A DNA stretch of 62,731 nt, filler included, from Kipferlia bialata (taxonomy: Eukaryota): the NCBI GenBank assembly GCA_003568945.1. It is 6 parts of 6 records of this genome, joined end to end, with 100 filler letters (N's around TTAATTAATTAA, not from the genome) between each part and the next. Parts side by side here need not be neighbours in the genome. Positions count along the whole stretch, not along the records: positions 11,432 to 22,758 come from BDIP01001253.1; positions 22,859 to 34,159 come from BDIP01001256.1; 4 more parts are not named here. One strand, written 5' to 3'. This document shows positions 11,790 through 23,080 of the stretch, in pieces (position 1 is the first letter of the stretch; every line of letters begins with the position of its first letter). Under the pieces are notes generated by a model. The model did no database searches. It saw only the letters and a list, made by a program, of their open reading frames with translations, and had not been told where the DNA came from. The position numbers and the translations under genes were made by a program.

Positions 11790-14119
11790 ACCCTTAATCC
11801 ATAGGAATGTTGTGCATGGTGATCCCATTCCTTTCTCTCTCCCCCTCCCCCCCCCCCCCCCCTCTCTTTTCACACCAGGGAGCAGCTACTGGAGGAGGAC
11901 CGCCTGAGGCAGTATAAGGTGGGCAGATGTCTCTCTGATTCACAGTGTCATTGATGGGTGATATCAGCAGTATCGAGTGTGCATGTTGTTGTGCTGTGGT
12001 GTCTGACCATCAGGAGAGAGAGGAGGCCAAGAGGAGGGAGAGGGAGAGGGAGTGGGAGGAAAAGCGACGCAAGGACAGGGAGGGGTATGAGGAGAGGGAT
12101 GCAGAGTGGAAGGACGATATGGAGGCAATGATCAAGAAGATTAGGTGGGAGACACAGATATGCATCTCGTGTGTGCCAGTATACCTGTCAATGTTTAGTA
12201 CTGTGTCACAGAGGCCAGTATGTATCTCTGGATGTCTCTCTCTTATTTCCCCTGTTCTCACTCTATTGTGTGTTTGCTATTCCTTGGGTTCATTTTCCCT
12301 GTATATATTCCGTGCCTCTATGCCTCACCTTAGGTCTGAGCAGGAGACCCACCCCAAGCTGATTGCCAAGCTGCAGAAGAAGTTGACATCGGAGATGGAG
12401 GCACTCCTGTCACAGAGTACGCAGCAGAGTGGGATCTCTCTCTCTCTCACACACACGGTCATTCCTCTACTCTCTCCTGAATTCATTCAATGCCTCAGTT
12501 CCCAGTCCTCACCCCCAGAGACCGATAGCAGTGAAGACATGGCTGCTATCAGGGACCAGCTGGTTACCCAGGGAAGCAGCATTGAGGGCATACACAGGTG
12601 GGGAAGGAAGAGAGAAGATATGTAGAGGAGTCTTCTTATCCCTGTTCCTATATCCAGCATATACGTATATGCGAGTGTGTCTTACCCCAGGGTTATAGCG
12701 GACCGACTCCCCATGTCTGGCCCCCAGGTGCCCCAGATGCAGCCCCAGATGGCACAGCACCAGATGGCCCCTATGCAGCCCATGCAAGGTGGGGGTGGTT
12801 GGTGACACAGTCGATGGAGGGGGGGGGAGGGGTATCAGTAGCACAGTGACTAACAAACAGTCATTCTGACCGTTTCAGTTCGTATACCAGATTATGAGTA
12901 TGTATATTCCACTATAACCCTCTTTTCTCTTGCCCCGCAGACGTCTTACCCTCAGGGTATCAACATGCGTACCAGCAGATCCCCCAGATCCCCACCTACA
13001 CCATGCAACAGCAACCCCAGCAGCAGTACATGCCAGTCCAGTCCAGGTACCTCGCTCTCCCTCTCTCTCTATTTATAACTCGTATTCATTAATAAATATG
13101 TGCCACGCTCTATAGGAGTATGCACCGCCAAGGCAGTATGGTGGACATAGCTTTCATTCCCTCACTAGACATTCCTTCTACCCCCCCCCCCCCTTCTTAC
13201 TGCCAGGGCCTCTCCCTTCCAGGGCAGGGCAGCTGCCACCCCCCTCAGGGGATCCATCATGATGGAATCACCTGTATCGCAGAGACATAGGTGGGTACTT
13301 GGAGAGGCCTCTCTAGTCGACTTAGTATCACCCCATTCATCCCATAGTAATTCTCGACCTCTTTCACTTCTCTCTCACTCACACACATATATATACTCAT
13401 ACCTTAGGCAGAGTGTTGTCCGGGCGTCTATCCCCCGCCCCTTGCCAGCACGAGACAGGGCCCTCAATCGGGAGAGAGAGAGAGAGCGGGAGAGGGAGAG
13501 AGAGAGGGAGAGGGAGAGAGAGAGGGAGGGTGATGATACGGGGGCAGACATTACGCTGACCAGAGAGAGTAGTCCTGTGCGAGAGAGAGAGGAGGACAGA
13601 GGGGTGTCTGAGTCTCGGGAGAGAGAGAGAGAGGACCCGTATGAGAGGACAGGGAGAGAGACAAAGACAGTGCGCAAGAGGGGCAGGAGCGTCAGTGCTG
13701 CACCGGCCAAGGTCCCGGTTCCACACCCCAAGAGAACGGCAGATGCCAAGGTATCAGGGTCATGTGTAAAGGTTGAGTGGGGTGGGAGACAGAGCAGACA
13801 ATGGGATGCAGTCATGTATACCTTGGAAATAGCGCTAGTTTCACTCTTCTCAGTTGTGTATCTGCGTTCGTCCTGCTAATTATGCCTCTGACTCTCAGCG
13901 TGCACGCACAACTAGACGAAGGTCCATTAGGGGTAGTATGCCTCCTGAGGTGAGATGTGCATGATCTGTATCTCAATCTGCCTCCCTTACCCCCTCCCAC
14001 CCACCCTCTCTTATCATTCATTGTCTCCCCCAATCCCTATCTCCATACCCCAGGCCCCTACTCCCGAGACCCCTGAGTATGGTACCGGCACATCTGCCTT
14101 CATCAGTGCGTTCAAGTAG
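11490..14119 (+). CDS. Hypothetical coiled-coil protein with Q/P-rich and ER-repeat regions, probably 5'-truncated
   Basis: GT-AG exons: MTAGVEAEIAAVQALCATIK, EQLLEEDRLRQYK, EREEAKRREREREWEEKRRK..., SEQETHPKLIAKLQKKL..., VIADRLPMSGPQVPQMQ..., QSVVRASIPRP...(ER)n. Last exon APTPETPEYGTGTSAFISAFK*. Confidence 0.7.
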
Positions 14120-14448
14120 TGGACAGTCAGGTAGACTAGGGGCATGGTGCTGTGGTGCTGGGAGAGCAACACCTCCCCCAGTATACTCAGGCTGTGGTCT
14201 CTATGTGTATTGACTGGGCACCTCTCTTGTAATAGATTGGCCGAGAGTTGCGTATTGGTTCTCTATTCTTTGGCATACTGAACATGTATATGAATACTGA
14301 CATGTCTATTTGTCCTCTCTTTCTTGCTGTCTCTCACTGGAATCCAGTGACAGGATGGCTGCGATGCTGCTGAACACCTACCCGACCCTCACCCCTTCCT
14401 GTCTCCACTGACTGTATATGTGGTGGGTGCCTCTACCCCTCTCTCTCC

Positions 14449-16528
14449 CTAGTGCCAGTATAGGTCTGACATCAGGGGGGCTGGCTTGGTGGCCCTGACA
14501 GTCACACTGGCTGGGGGTCAGGGACACACTACACCGACTCGCATCCATATGCATACTACTATCCATGTGTGTATACCCATACCTATGTAGTCACTGGGGT
14601 CTGTCCTCAGCTGCTCTCTGAGTCTGGCGTAGAATGGGTCGGAGCACTCCCCGAGACACGACGTGTAGGAGGGGTCAGACTCTGACGTGAGGGGGATCGG
14701 ATATATAGATAGACTACTCAGTACACCCACCTATGCTCTGCACCACCAGGCCACTCTGTGCAACTCTCTGTATGTAGTCGGGTATCAGCTCGGCCCCAGA
14801 GACACAGCCTGACGGGGTCAGTTTTTAAGGTTGGGTAATTACACAGAGGTCAGGATAGAGTTAGATATTGGTCACATGACACTCCCCCACACCTATCCAG
14901 TTCTCAGCTGCCACTCTGACCCCATCAGGCAGGGGCTGCAGCAGGGCCACGTCTGACACACACACCCTGCCACCAGGCTGGGGTGAGGGGTGGTAGAGTA
15001 AATGGGTATATATTGCCTAGGCTACACTGTCTATAGGGTAACATGGGAATATATATACACTACACGATACCTTGAGGGCTCTCCTGATCTCTCTCCAGAC
15101 CTGGCCCTGGGGTAAGGGGGAAAGGGGGGGAGGGTATGAGTGAGAGGAGTCTCATATGGGGAACGACAGTGAGGCTTACTGTGCTTGTGTCCACACCGAT
15201 ACCTTGTCTGGGGACAGGTTGATGACACAGTTGCTGGGGTCAGAATGCAATGCTAGTAACCATAAAAGAACATAAGTGTAGTATAACAATGAATATGAGC
15301 TCTCAACAAGGAGAGTTGCGCACCTGAGAACAACATCAAAGATCCCATCACGCACTGGCAGGTGCTCGATCTCACCTAGAGTAAGACAGGGGCACACAAT
15401 ATACATACTATGATATCCAAATGTGAGAGACAATGATAGAACAGCCATTAATGGTGGTCAAGTACTGATGGAAGAACTAGAAGTATATCAGCTACGCGAT
15501 ACCCAGTCTGAACTCCACGTTGTGCAGCCGTGTGTCCTGGGTGTATGTCTCGATTCCCTTCCTGGCTGTGTCCAGCATCTGGGGGGAGAGGGCGAGGGGG
15601 GAAAATATTTATGTATAGTACTGAGTTCATGATGATGGAAGCTGTGGCGGACTTGTTACTCATTGGTTCATATACAATACCCGAAGTCACATGTAGTTGT
15701 TGTTCCAATATTCATCAATTTGTTACCTCAGCCGTCATGTCCACCCCTATCACACACCCAGTGGGACCCACCAGCTGGCCAGCCTGTGGGGAAGGGAGGG
15801 GTATGGAGGCAAAGATAGAAGACGAAGGTGGTGGAATGGAAGAGGGATCGACACCTAATGTCCACACCTACTGAGACTCACCTCAAACACGTCGCCTCCC
15901 CTCCCACACCCAAGGTCCAGTACTATCTCACCAGGTCGGAGGCATGGGGTCAGATTTAGTGTCACAGAGAGTGGAGGAGAGGGTTACAAGGGAACCACAC
16001 AGTGTAGCCACTTTCCATATGAATAATCACCACAAGTGATAGGACTCAGCGTACCTGCCTCTGCCACTGGGTGCCCACAAGAGAGGCCATAGCGGGAAGA
16101 GGCTAGGGTGTGAGAGAGAGAGAATATGTGGTGGAGTGCTAATATATAGAGACACCAAGATACGGCTCACTCTTCGCGTAATGACAACTGTACTATTCAC
16201 CAATCAATGCAGACATGGGTACCTGGAGTGGTGTCGTCTGTTGTGGGCTGCCTGCCGATACCGGCCCCTGCCTCCTCCCCAGCTGGCACTGCCAGCTTGG
16301 CATACCCAGCCCTGACCTGAGGGTAGAGAGGTAAGGGGAGGGGGGGGAGGAAAGAGAGAGATTATGAGGCATTCATTATTGACTTAAGCCGTGTGAATGA
16401 GGGGACGGGTATGGCAGCTGCCAGGTGACCGTATTATACATTCAGCATACCTTGCGCCTCATCTCCTGTCCCTCTCTCTCCCTCTCTGTCTCGTGGCCCA
16501 TTGCCATACGGTCATCATCAGCCTGCAT
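14449..16528 (-). CDS. arsM: Arsenite SAM-dependent methyltransferase (ArsM/AS3MT family), about 13 exons
   Basis: [68 protein letters not shown]...[56 protein letters not shown]...WI-GCVSGA. These are the diagnostic ArsM motifs, including the As-binding Cys residues. Start codon uncertain. Confidence 0.93.
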
Positions 16529-17064
16529 CTCTCTCTCTCTTCGGAAGCGTTCACTCAACCTACTCAAGTGATCCCTCTTGACCCGGCTCTGTGGTGTGGA
16601 GAGTCCCCTCCCAAGGCTGTGCACTGTTGAGAGTCTCCAAGGCGACGTTGTTGGTATGAGGCCATCTACGGTTGTGATGAGAGTGAGCTACTGTAGTCTT
16701 GTTGTCGTAACGTCTGACACTACAATAGATATACTCAACACCACAAATGGATCCAGCTCTATTGACGGGACAATGGGTCAGTGTTCGAACCCAATACACT
16801 GAGTGATACACTTGTGCACATGGGTGGGTCTCCGCTCCTTTCAATGGTATATCCAGACACCACTCGCAACACATGCATCAAGTGTGTGAAGCACACCTTC
16901 TCCCAATACCAACTGGATTGAATGTACATGACGTGTCCTTAAAGGGACTAAAGTAGGGAAGACTGGGAAGTTAACCACTATGGAGCACCGGAAACCATCT
17001 GCCTCTCTCTGGATATGCAGCGCAGAGTCTCTCGGGGAAATACTCGCTGCTTGTCCCTATCCAC

Positions 17065-20000
17065 CTACAGGGGCTGTGTCCAGTCGATGCTGTCACCCTT
17101 CTCCTGGTACTGGGCCTGGCATGAGGGGGTGTATATACACGTGTGACATATAACCACAGGGGTGACCCAAGAACATATCTCTACACACACATCCATCTAA
17201 CCTTTGTGACCCACATGTTACCGAAGGCAGAGAGCGAGGAGACAATGCCACCGCCTGGGGTAAGTGGGTGAAGGAGAGAGATACACATAGAGAGTATGTC
17301 ATGTCGTAGTGTATTATGCTGTACAATCTAAAATCACGTACCGATCATGGGTGCGTTCCCCCTGTGTGCCCTGATGCCAGACATGGGGGAGGTGTGGACC
17401 TGGGGGTGAGGGGTGGATATATACTAAAATGAATGTGGGGTGTGAATACTAAGTCATGATGTCGTGTATTTATGTAGACCCTCCCCACCTTGATCCTGTA
17501 TGTCAGGGCCTCACTGCCCTCCAGCTCAGCCTTCAGCCTAGGCATCAGAGGGAGAGAGAGAGAGAGAGAGAGAGGAAGAGGGAGATGGGTGACAGAGAGG
17601 GGGTACACGCTCCGTGCCTTGTGTTGAAGCCTGTGATGTTTGTGACGCCTCCGACGGGTACCACACATCCTAGCAGGTCACGCTGGAGGTGAGAAAGGAG
17701 TCAAAGATGTGATGAAAGAGTAGTATACACTCAGTCCCCACCTGTGTCTGGTCGTTGCACATGGTGAGTGCCGCATGGGCCATGCCGTGGATGGACGTGT
17801 GGGTCTGGGTCAGGAGAGAGAGAGAGAGAGAGAGAGGGAGTGGGAAGCATCCAGTGTCAAACTGGGGAATGGACAAAGTAGTGCATATATAGAGAGACAG
17901 ACAGGATATGGCCACACCTCTCCCCCATGTGTGAGTGCGGCGGGTGTGGGTGTGGGCTGGGCCACCCTGGCCACAGCACGCATCATGAGGTCAGTCACAC
18001 CTGGGGGGTGAGGGGGGAGAGAGGGGGAGAGAGAGAGAGAGAGGTGACCGTACCTAGGCCTGGGGCGTCTGACAGGGGGTGGATGGTGGCAGGGTGGAAC
18101 AGAACCTAGGGGGTGAGGGAGGCATTGATGATACACATATGTACACATGGGTCACTCAGCAGTACTCAGCATATCTCTCCACAACTATCCTACCTCTGGC
18201 ACTGCGAGTCTCTCCACCCCCATGTGGATGGTGGTGCAGTCTGGGAGCTGGTACTCAGAGGGACCCACACCCACAGCAACACCCCTGGGGGTGAGGGTGT
18301 ATGGATATACATCGGGAGTAACATGTATACCCAGTCGGTGTTTACAAATACACTAACACACCTGTCATCTGGCACTGGGGGCAGGTTGAGAGCAGTCTCG
18401 CTGACCTGGCAGTAAGCGGTATGTACATGGCAAGGAGAAAGAGCACCCTGATAGAGGACTACTAGACATGTACCATACCTCGAGGCAGCATGCCATGACG
18501 TCTGAAACGGTGTACTGCTCACACAGCCTGAGAACAGAGGGGCTGATGCCTGGGTCAGACACAGATACACATACATCTTGAGAGAAAAGGGAACCCCATA
18601 GTATCTGAGAAGGAAAGGCTATGCACCACCCACCTGACAGGACGTCTGTGTCTGTGACTGGGACTGTGGCATCTGCTGTACCGGCAACACCAGTGTAAGA
18701 GACACGCTGGTGTCTCACGGCAAACCTAGGATCAGACAAAAGAAGAGTAACAGTTTAGGGGGAGGCTAAGACGCATATATATACACCAAGAGTGTATTTG
18801 AATAAAAGTATATACTGCATACTAGACCTGGGCAGTATGATGTGGGAGGGGTCAGCAGGGACAGGGAGGTTCCCATGGGCCTGTAGCACTCTGATGGTGA
18901 AATAGGAAGAGGAAGAGAGAGAGAGATAGTAGTGTCATAGGATACAGGCACTGTGTGCATATCTGTCCCATACCTCCTCCTGAGCTGCACTGCGAGTGCG
19001 TCCTCCAACAGACCTCCACACATGGTGGTGGAGTGGATGGACCTGCGCCTCAGTGCAACACCATCCACAACTGGGGTGGCTGAGGAGTGGCCTGGGGGTG
19101 GGGGAAGGTGTGTGTGTGTGTGTGGAGAGACACCTATATATAGACCCCGATACCTGCGCCCACATCCAGGACCAGTGCTGTGTGTGTGGCAGAGGCAAAG
19201 GCAGACAGGACGGGGGAGGGGGCAAAGTAGACAGCTGGGACATTAAGGGTCTCAAACAGGAAACGGGCCATTCTGAGTGTGAGGGAAAGAGAGTAACACT
19301 GAGTGTAGACATGTGACTGATACCTCCTTGTGTCCTGGACTGGGGCATGGAGGGACTGGGCCACCAGGACAGGGTGGGAGGAGGGGTCTACCTGGGGTTG
19401 GGAGAGAGGGGGGGAGAGAGAGAGACATAGAGTAACTGCCTATACCCACCTGCAGCTCCCTGTCATATACATGCCTCCACAGGGCCTCCAGGGCCTCCCA
19501 GTCATGCACCACTCCGCCTGGGGTGGGGGGGGGGATATAGAGAGAGAGAGAAAGTAGGGTATGGAGAGTAGGACATTACTTGTATGGTTGACACTGGCAA
19601 GACAACGTGGGTATATGAATGTGAAGAGAGAGACACGCACACCCACCCTGTATGGGGTGTCTGATATCACCGTCTGGCACAGGTCTGTACAGCTTCTCAG
19701 CACCCATGTACCAGGGGGACGACTGGGGTGTGTGTGTGGGGAGAGAGACAGAGGGAGAGAGGCCCAAATGCAAGGCAAGCAAAAGGTCAGAGTATGGTAC
19801 CAAGACTATTGGCACTGTCCCACCCACCTTCTTCTTCCACTCCCTGTCCACCATGTCCTCCTCATACAGGGTCAGGGGCTGCTGGCTGAGGGGGCCGGGC
19901 CTCTGGACCAGACCAGTAGAGGCCTCGGGCTTGACATCTAAAGTGAGGGGGATGGGCTGTGAGAGTTGGGATTGACAAGAGAGGGATATACCATGACCCA

Positions 20001-20389
20001 TACCTGTAGTGCCGTCTATTGCTATGTCCTCTGCCGCATGCATATCCACATCCCCAGAGGTGGGGTCTGGGGTGAGGCAGGAGGTATTAGAGTATATATT
20101 GGTACCAAGTCAGTCGGTCACATGAGATGGCGCCACACCTGACTGGGTGGCCAGAGACTTCCTGTACCCCACAGCAGAGGGCATGAACACACTGGGGGCA
20201 CTCTCCCCAGCCCAGCCAGCCTGGAGTAAGAGGGGGGGTAAGGGGGTATACTTCTGGTATCGGTACCGGTACCGTTTTCAAATTCATACATACCATCCCG
20301 CCATCCTCACCCACTCACTATTCCAATGACTGTACCTTCACATATCGGGACCCAAAGTCAAACACTAATGCAGAGACACCAGAATCCAT
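17065..20389 (-). CDS. ARP4: Nuclear actin-related protein, Arp4/ACTL6-like, about 20 exons
   Basis: MDSGVSALVFDFGSRYVK-AGWAGESAPSVFMPSAVG, HPIQ-GGVVHDWEALEALW, HPVLVA, FLFETLNVPAVYFAPSPVLSAFA...ALVLDVGA, YQLPD...GVERLAVPE-VLFHP, VVPVGG...GFNTRL, IGGGIVSSLSAFGNMWVTK-AQYQEKG. The N- and C-terminal motifs and the large inserts fit Arp4 rather than actin. Confidence 0.8.
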
Positions 20390-20689
20390 TGGTACTCACT
20401 GCAGAAAGAGTAACCACTCTTATGACAGGCAGTGATTTTGTATCATGACAGGGAATCGAACCCGTAGCCTCATAGAATGAAGATGTTACGGCTTGCAGGC
20501 ACTTCTACTGACGTGACTTACGATTCATACACTGTTGAAGTAGAGACACGGATTCAAGGAGCCGTTGGAAGGACGGATCCCCAGTGGGGATTCCCCACTA
20601 CAAGTTAAAAATTCTATTCTTACAGTCGGGGCTCCCCCATGTGCTAAGGAGGGCAGATATTGGCACCACATACAAACACAAGTAGGTCA

Positions 20690-21902
20690 TTAGACACTTG
20701 GCTTGGTCCTCCTCCTGTGGATGTAGCTGAACCGGGACACATACACTGTGGCCCCTATACAGGCCAGTGTCAGCACGGGCCATGCTACTAGGCCACAGAA
20801 GGAGCGCCAATGCAGGCCCTTCTCCAGATACACCTGGGGTTAGAGAATATGCCTTGCAAATAGCATACAAATGCCATTGGATAGTTGCATGTTCCACACA
20901 TGCATGTTCATGCATTGAACATACCTCCAGCCCATCTGCCGAGTGCCAGCATGTGAGTGCTGAGCCTGGGGGGTTGGCTGCCATGTGCTCTAGGACAGCA
21001 GACAGGGCAAGGGCCTGGTCACGGTATCTAGAGGGTTAGCAATGGTAAAGGGAAGCATGTAGGTAAGTATGGCATGGTGTCTGGTATCATGTATACCTCA
21101 CTGTGGCTACTGTGGCCAGGGTGGCAGGTTGGAGGTCGGGGTGGTCATACGACACCATGTACAGGGGGCGGTAGTGCCACCCGCTGCACCCTGTGCAGTA
21201 GTCCACAGTCCTAGGGTCAGGGGGAGATATATTAGGCAGATGTGAGAGTCAGAGTATGGTACCTAGATGTGACTGTACAGGTCGTCTCTGTGTACTGCAG
21301 CTGGGCAGTGACGTCAGCTATGGCCGGGCTGGATACTGGAGTGAGGTGAATGGGGGGGGGGGCAGGTGACTATATGGACACAGTGAGAAGACTTGGAAGG
21401 GGGGGGCAGCCCAAGGTATGGTCAAGAAGTACAATAAGGGATATTATACCAGTTTTATGTGTGAGAAGAGACCACAGTATCATACCCAGTAGCATGGAGA
21501 ACACGACAGCCAGGAGACCACCCAGGAAAAGGTGGTCATACCAGGGGAACATCAACACTGCGGTCAAAGATACATGCACAGGTATATATACGAGGAAGTA
21601 GATGTCACTGACATATTGTCAGTGTATAAGCTTCTACGAGTTTCTAGTATGGAGACTAGATAGAGAACAAGAGGATGACATGGCTGTAGTCTAAGAGATA
21701 TGATGTACCATACCCTATTAGGGCACGTAGTAAACAGAACACCTCTCTTGACACCGGCTGCACATGACACAATAGGTACCAAACAGTATACAATGACTCT
21801 TACTATACACCAAGCCTCTCTCCTCCCCTCCCTACCTGTCTCCCTGAGTGTTGGTCTGTTCCATGCCGGCAGGTCCTCCTCATACTGGACCTTGGGGGCC
21901 AT
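20690..21902 (-). CDS. Hypothetical two-transmembrane protein with a Cys-containing extracellular loop
   Basis: MAPKVQYEEDLPAWNRPTLRET...; TM1 FLGGLLAVVFSMLLGMIL; loop QYTETTCTVTS-TVDYCTGCSGWHYRPLYMVSY...LTCWH; last exon in phase 0 reads VYLEKGLHWRSFCGLVAWPVLTLACIGATVYVSRF...PSV* (TM2). The ORF-track frame 20598-20984 is not the spliced frame. Confidence 0.65.
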
Positions 21903-22710
21903 GGTACAGATGGGTCACGCCTCTATACAGAGAGAGAGAGAGGGGAGGGGGGGTCAACAGTGGGGTAGTGTGAGTGGTGGAGCAGCCTCGGTAGGTGCCA
22001 CAGAAGTCCCAAAGACCTCTTCCTAGTGTGGAGTCACCAATAGATGGTGAACACACTCTGAAAAGCATCGTCAGTCAACTGGCTTGATTGCCAAACAAAA
22101 AGTTGCTCTGATTTGGTGTCTAAGGGTTGAACCGAGCAGTGGCCACCAGCGTTCTATACTACACTACCCGAGGAATCATAGATAGAGGTCGCTGGTGCAG
22201 CAGCAGGTCCACATGGACATTCACACTCTGTACCGGACACAGCTATTGCTGTATGTGGACCCCCCCTCTCTACCCAACGCCCGGCTCACCCCTCTGTTTC
22301 TAACCTTCACTGGGAGCCATGTGGTGCTAGGTATGCATGTAAGCTGTGTCTTTGGGGTGTTTATATGTGTATATATGGGATTACCGGGTCTGGATGCGAC
22401 TCTCGTATATGTGTGTGGCACAGTGTCAGTGTTAGGAGTCAGGGCCACCTATATATAGTGTATGTGCCATGGCTGCAGGGGGGACTCTCCCCCTCCTATT
22501 GTGCACTCCATGCCATGGGTGTAGATATGTTACTGTTACACACCCTGTTGCATTGTGTGTGAATATGTGTCTGCCACCATGTGTATCAAGCCATACGCTC
22601 ATATTGGTACACTGTGTCTATCCTCTCACCTTCTGACTCATTACTCCCAAGCTACCCAATTCATATTAGTTACTCCATAGTACTACGAAACTCTTGCAGG
22701 GTACCCAGTC

Positions 22711-22758
<48 letters not shown>

Positions 22759-22858
22759 NNNNNNNNNNNNNNNNNNNNNNNNNNNNNNNNNNNNNNNNNN
22801 NNTTAATTAATTAANNNNNNNNNNNNNNNNNNNNNNNNNNNNNNNNNNNNNNNNNNNN
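22759..22858. other. Artificial scaffold-joining spacer
   Basis: N44-TTAATTAATTAA-N44. Confidence 0.99.
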
Positions 22859-23080
22859 TTCTCTCTCCCCTTTCTCCCCCCCCCCCCCCCCCCCCCCCCA
22901 TCCTCCCTCCCACTCTCTGTCTCATGCGGGTCGTCTCATATACAGACCCTTCACTCTCTCTCTCTCTTCTCCCCCCCACACACGACTATTCTCTCTTATA
23001 TGCTGGTTTCTGGTCCTATATGCAGACACTCCCTTCATTCTCTCTCTCTCTCTCTCTAACTATTTTCTCTCTCATGCCAG

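Noticed and set aside
20598..21902. DHHC palmitoyltransferase guess for the Cys-containing membrane protein
   Set aside because: No DHHC motif; only two clear TM segments.
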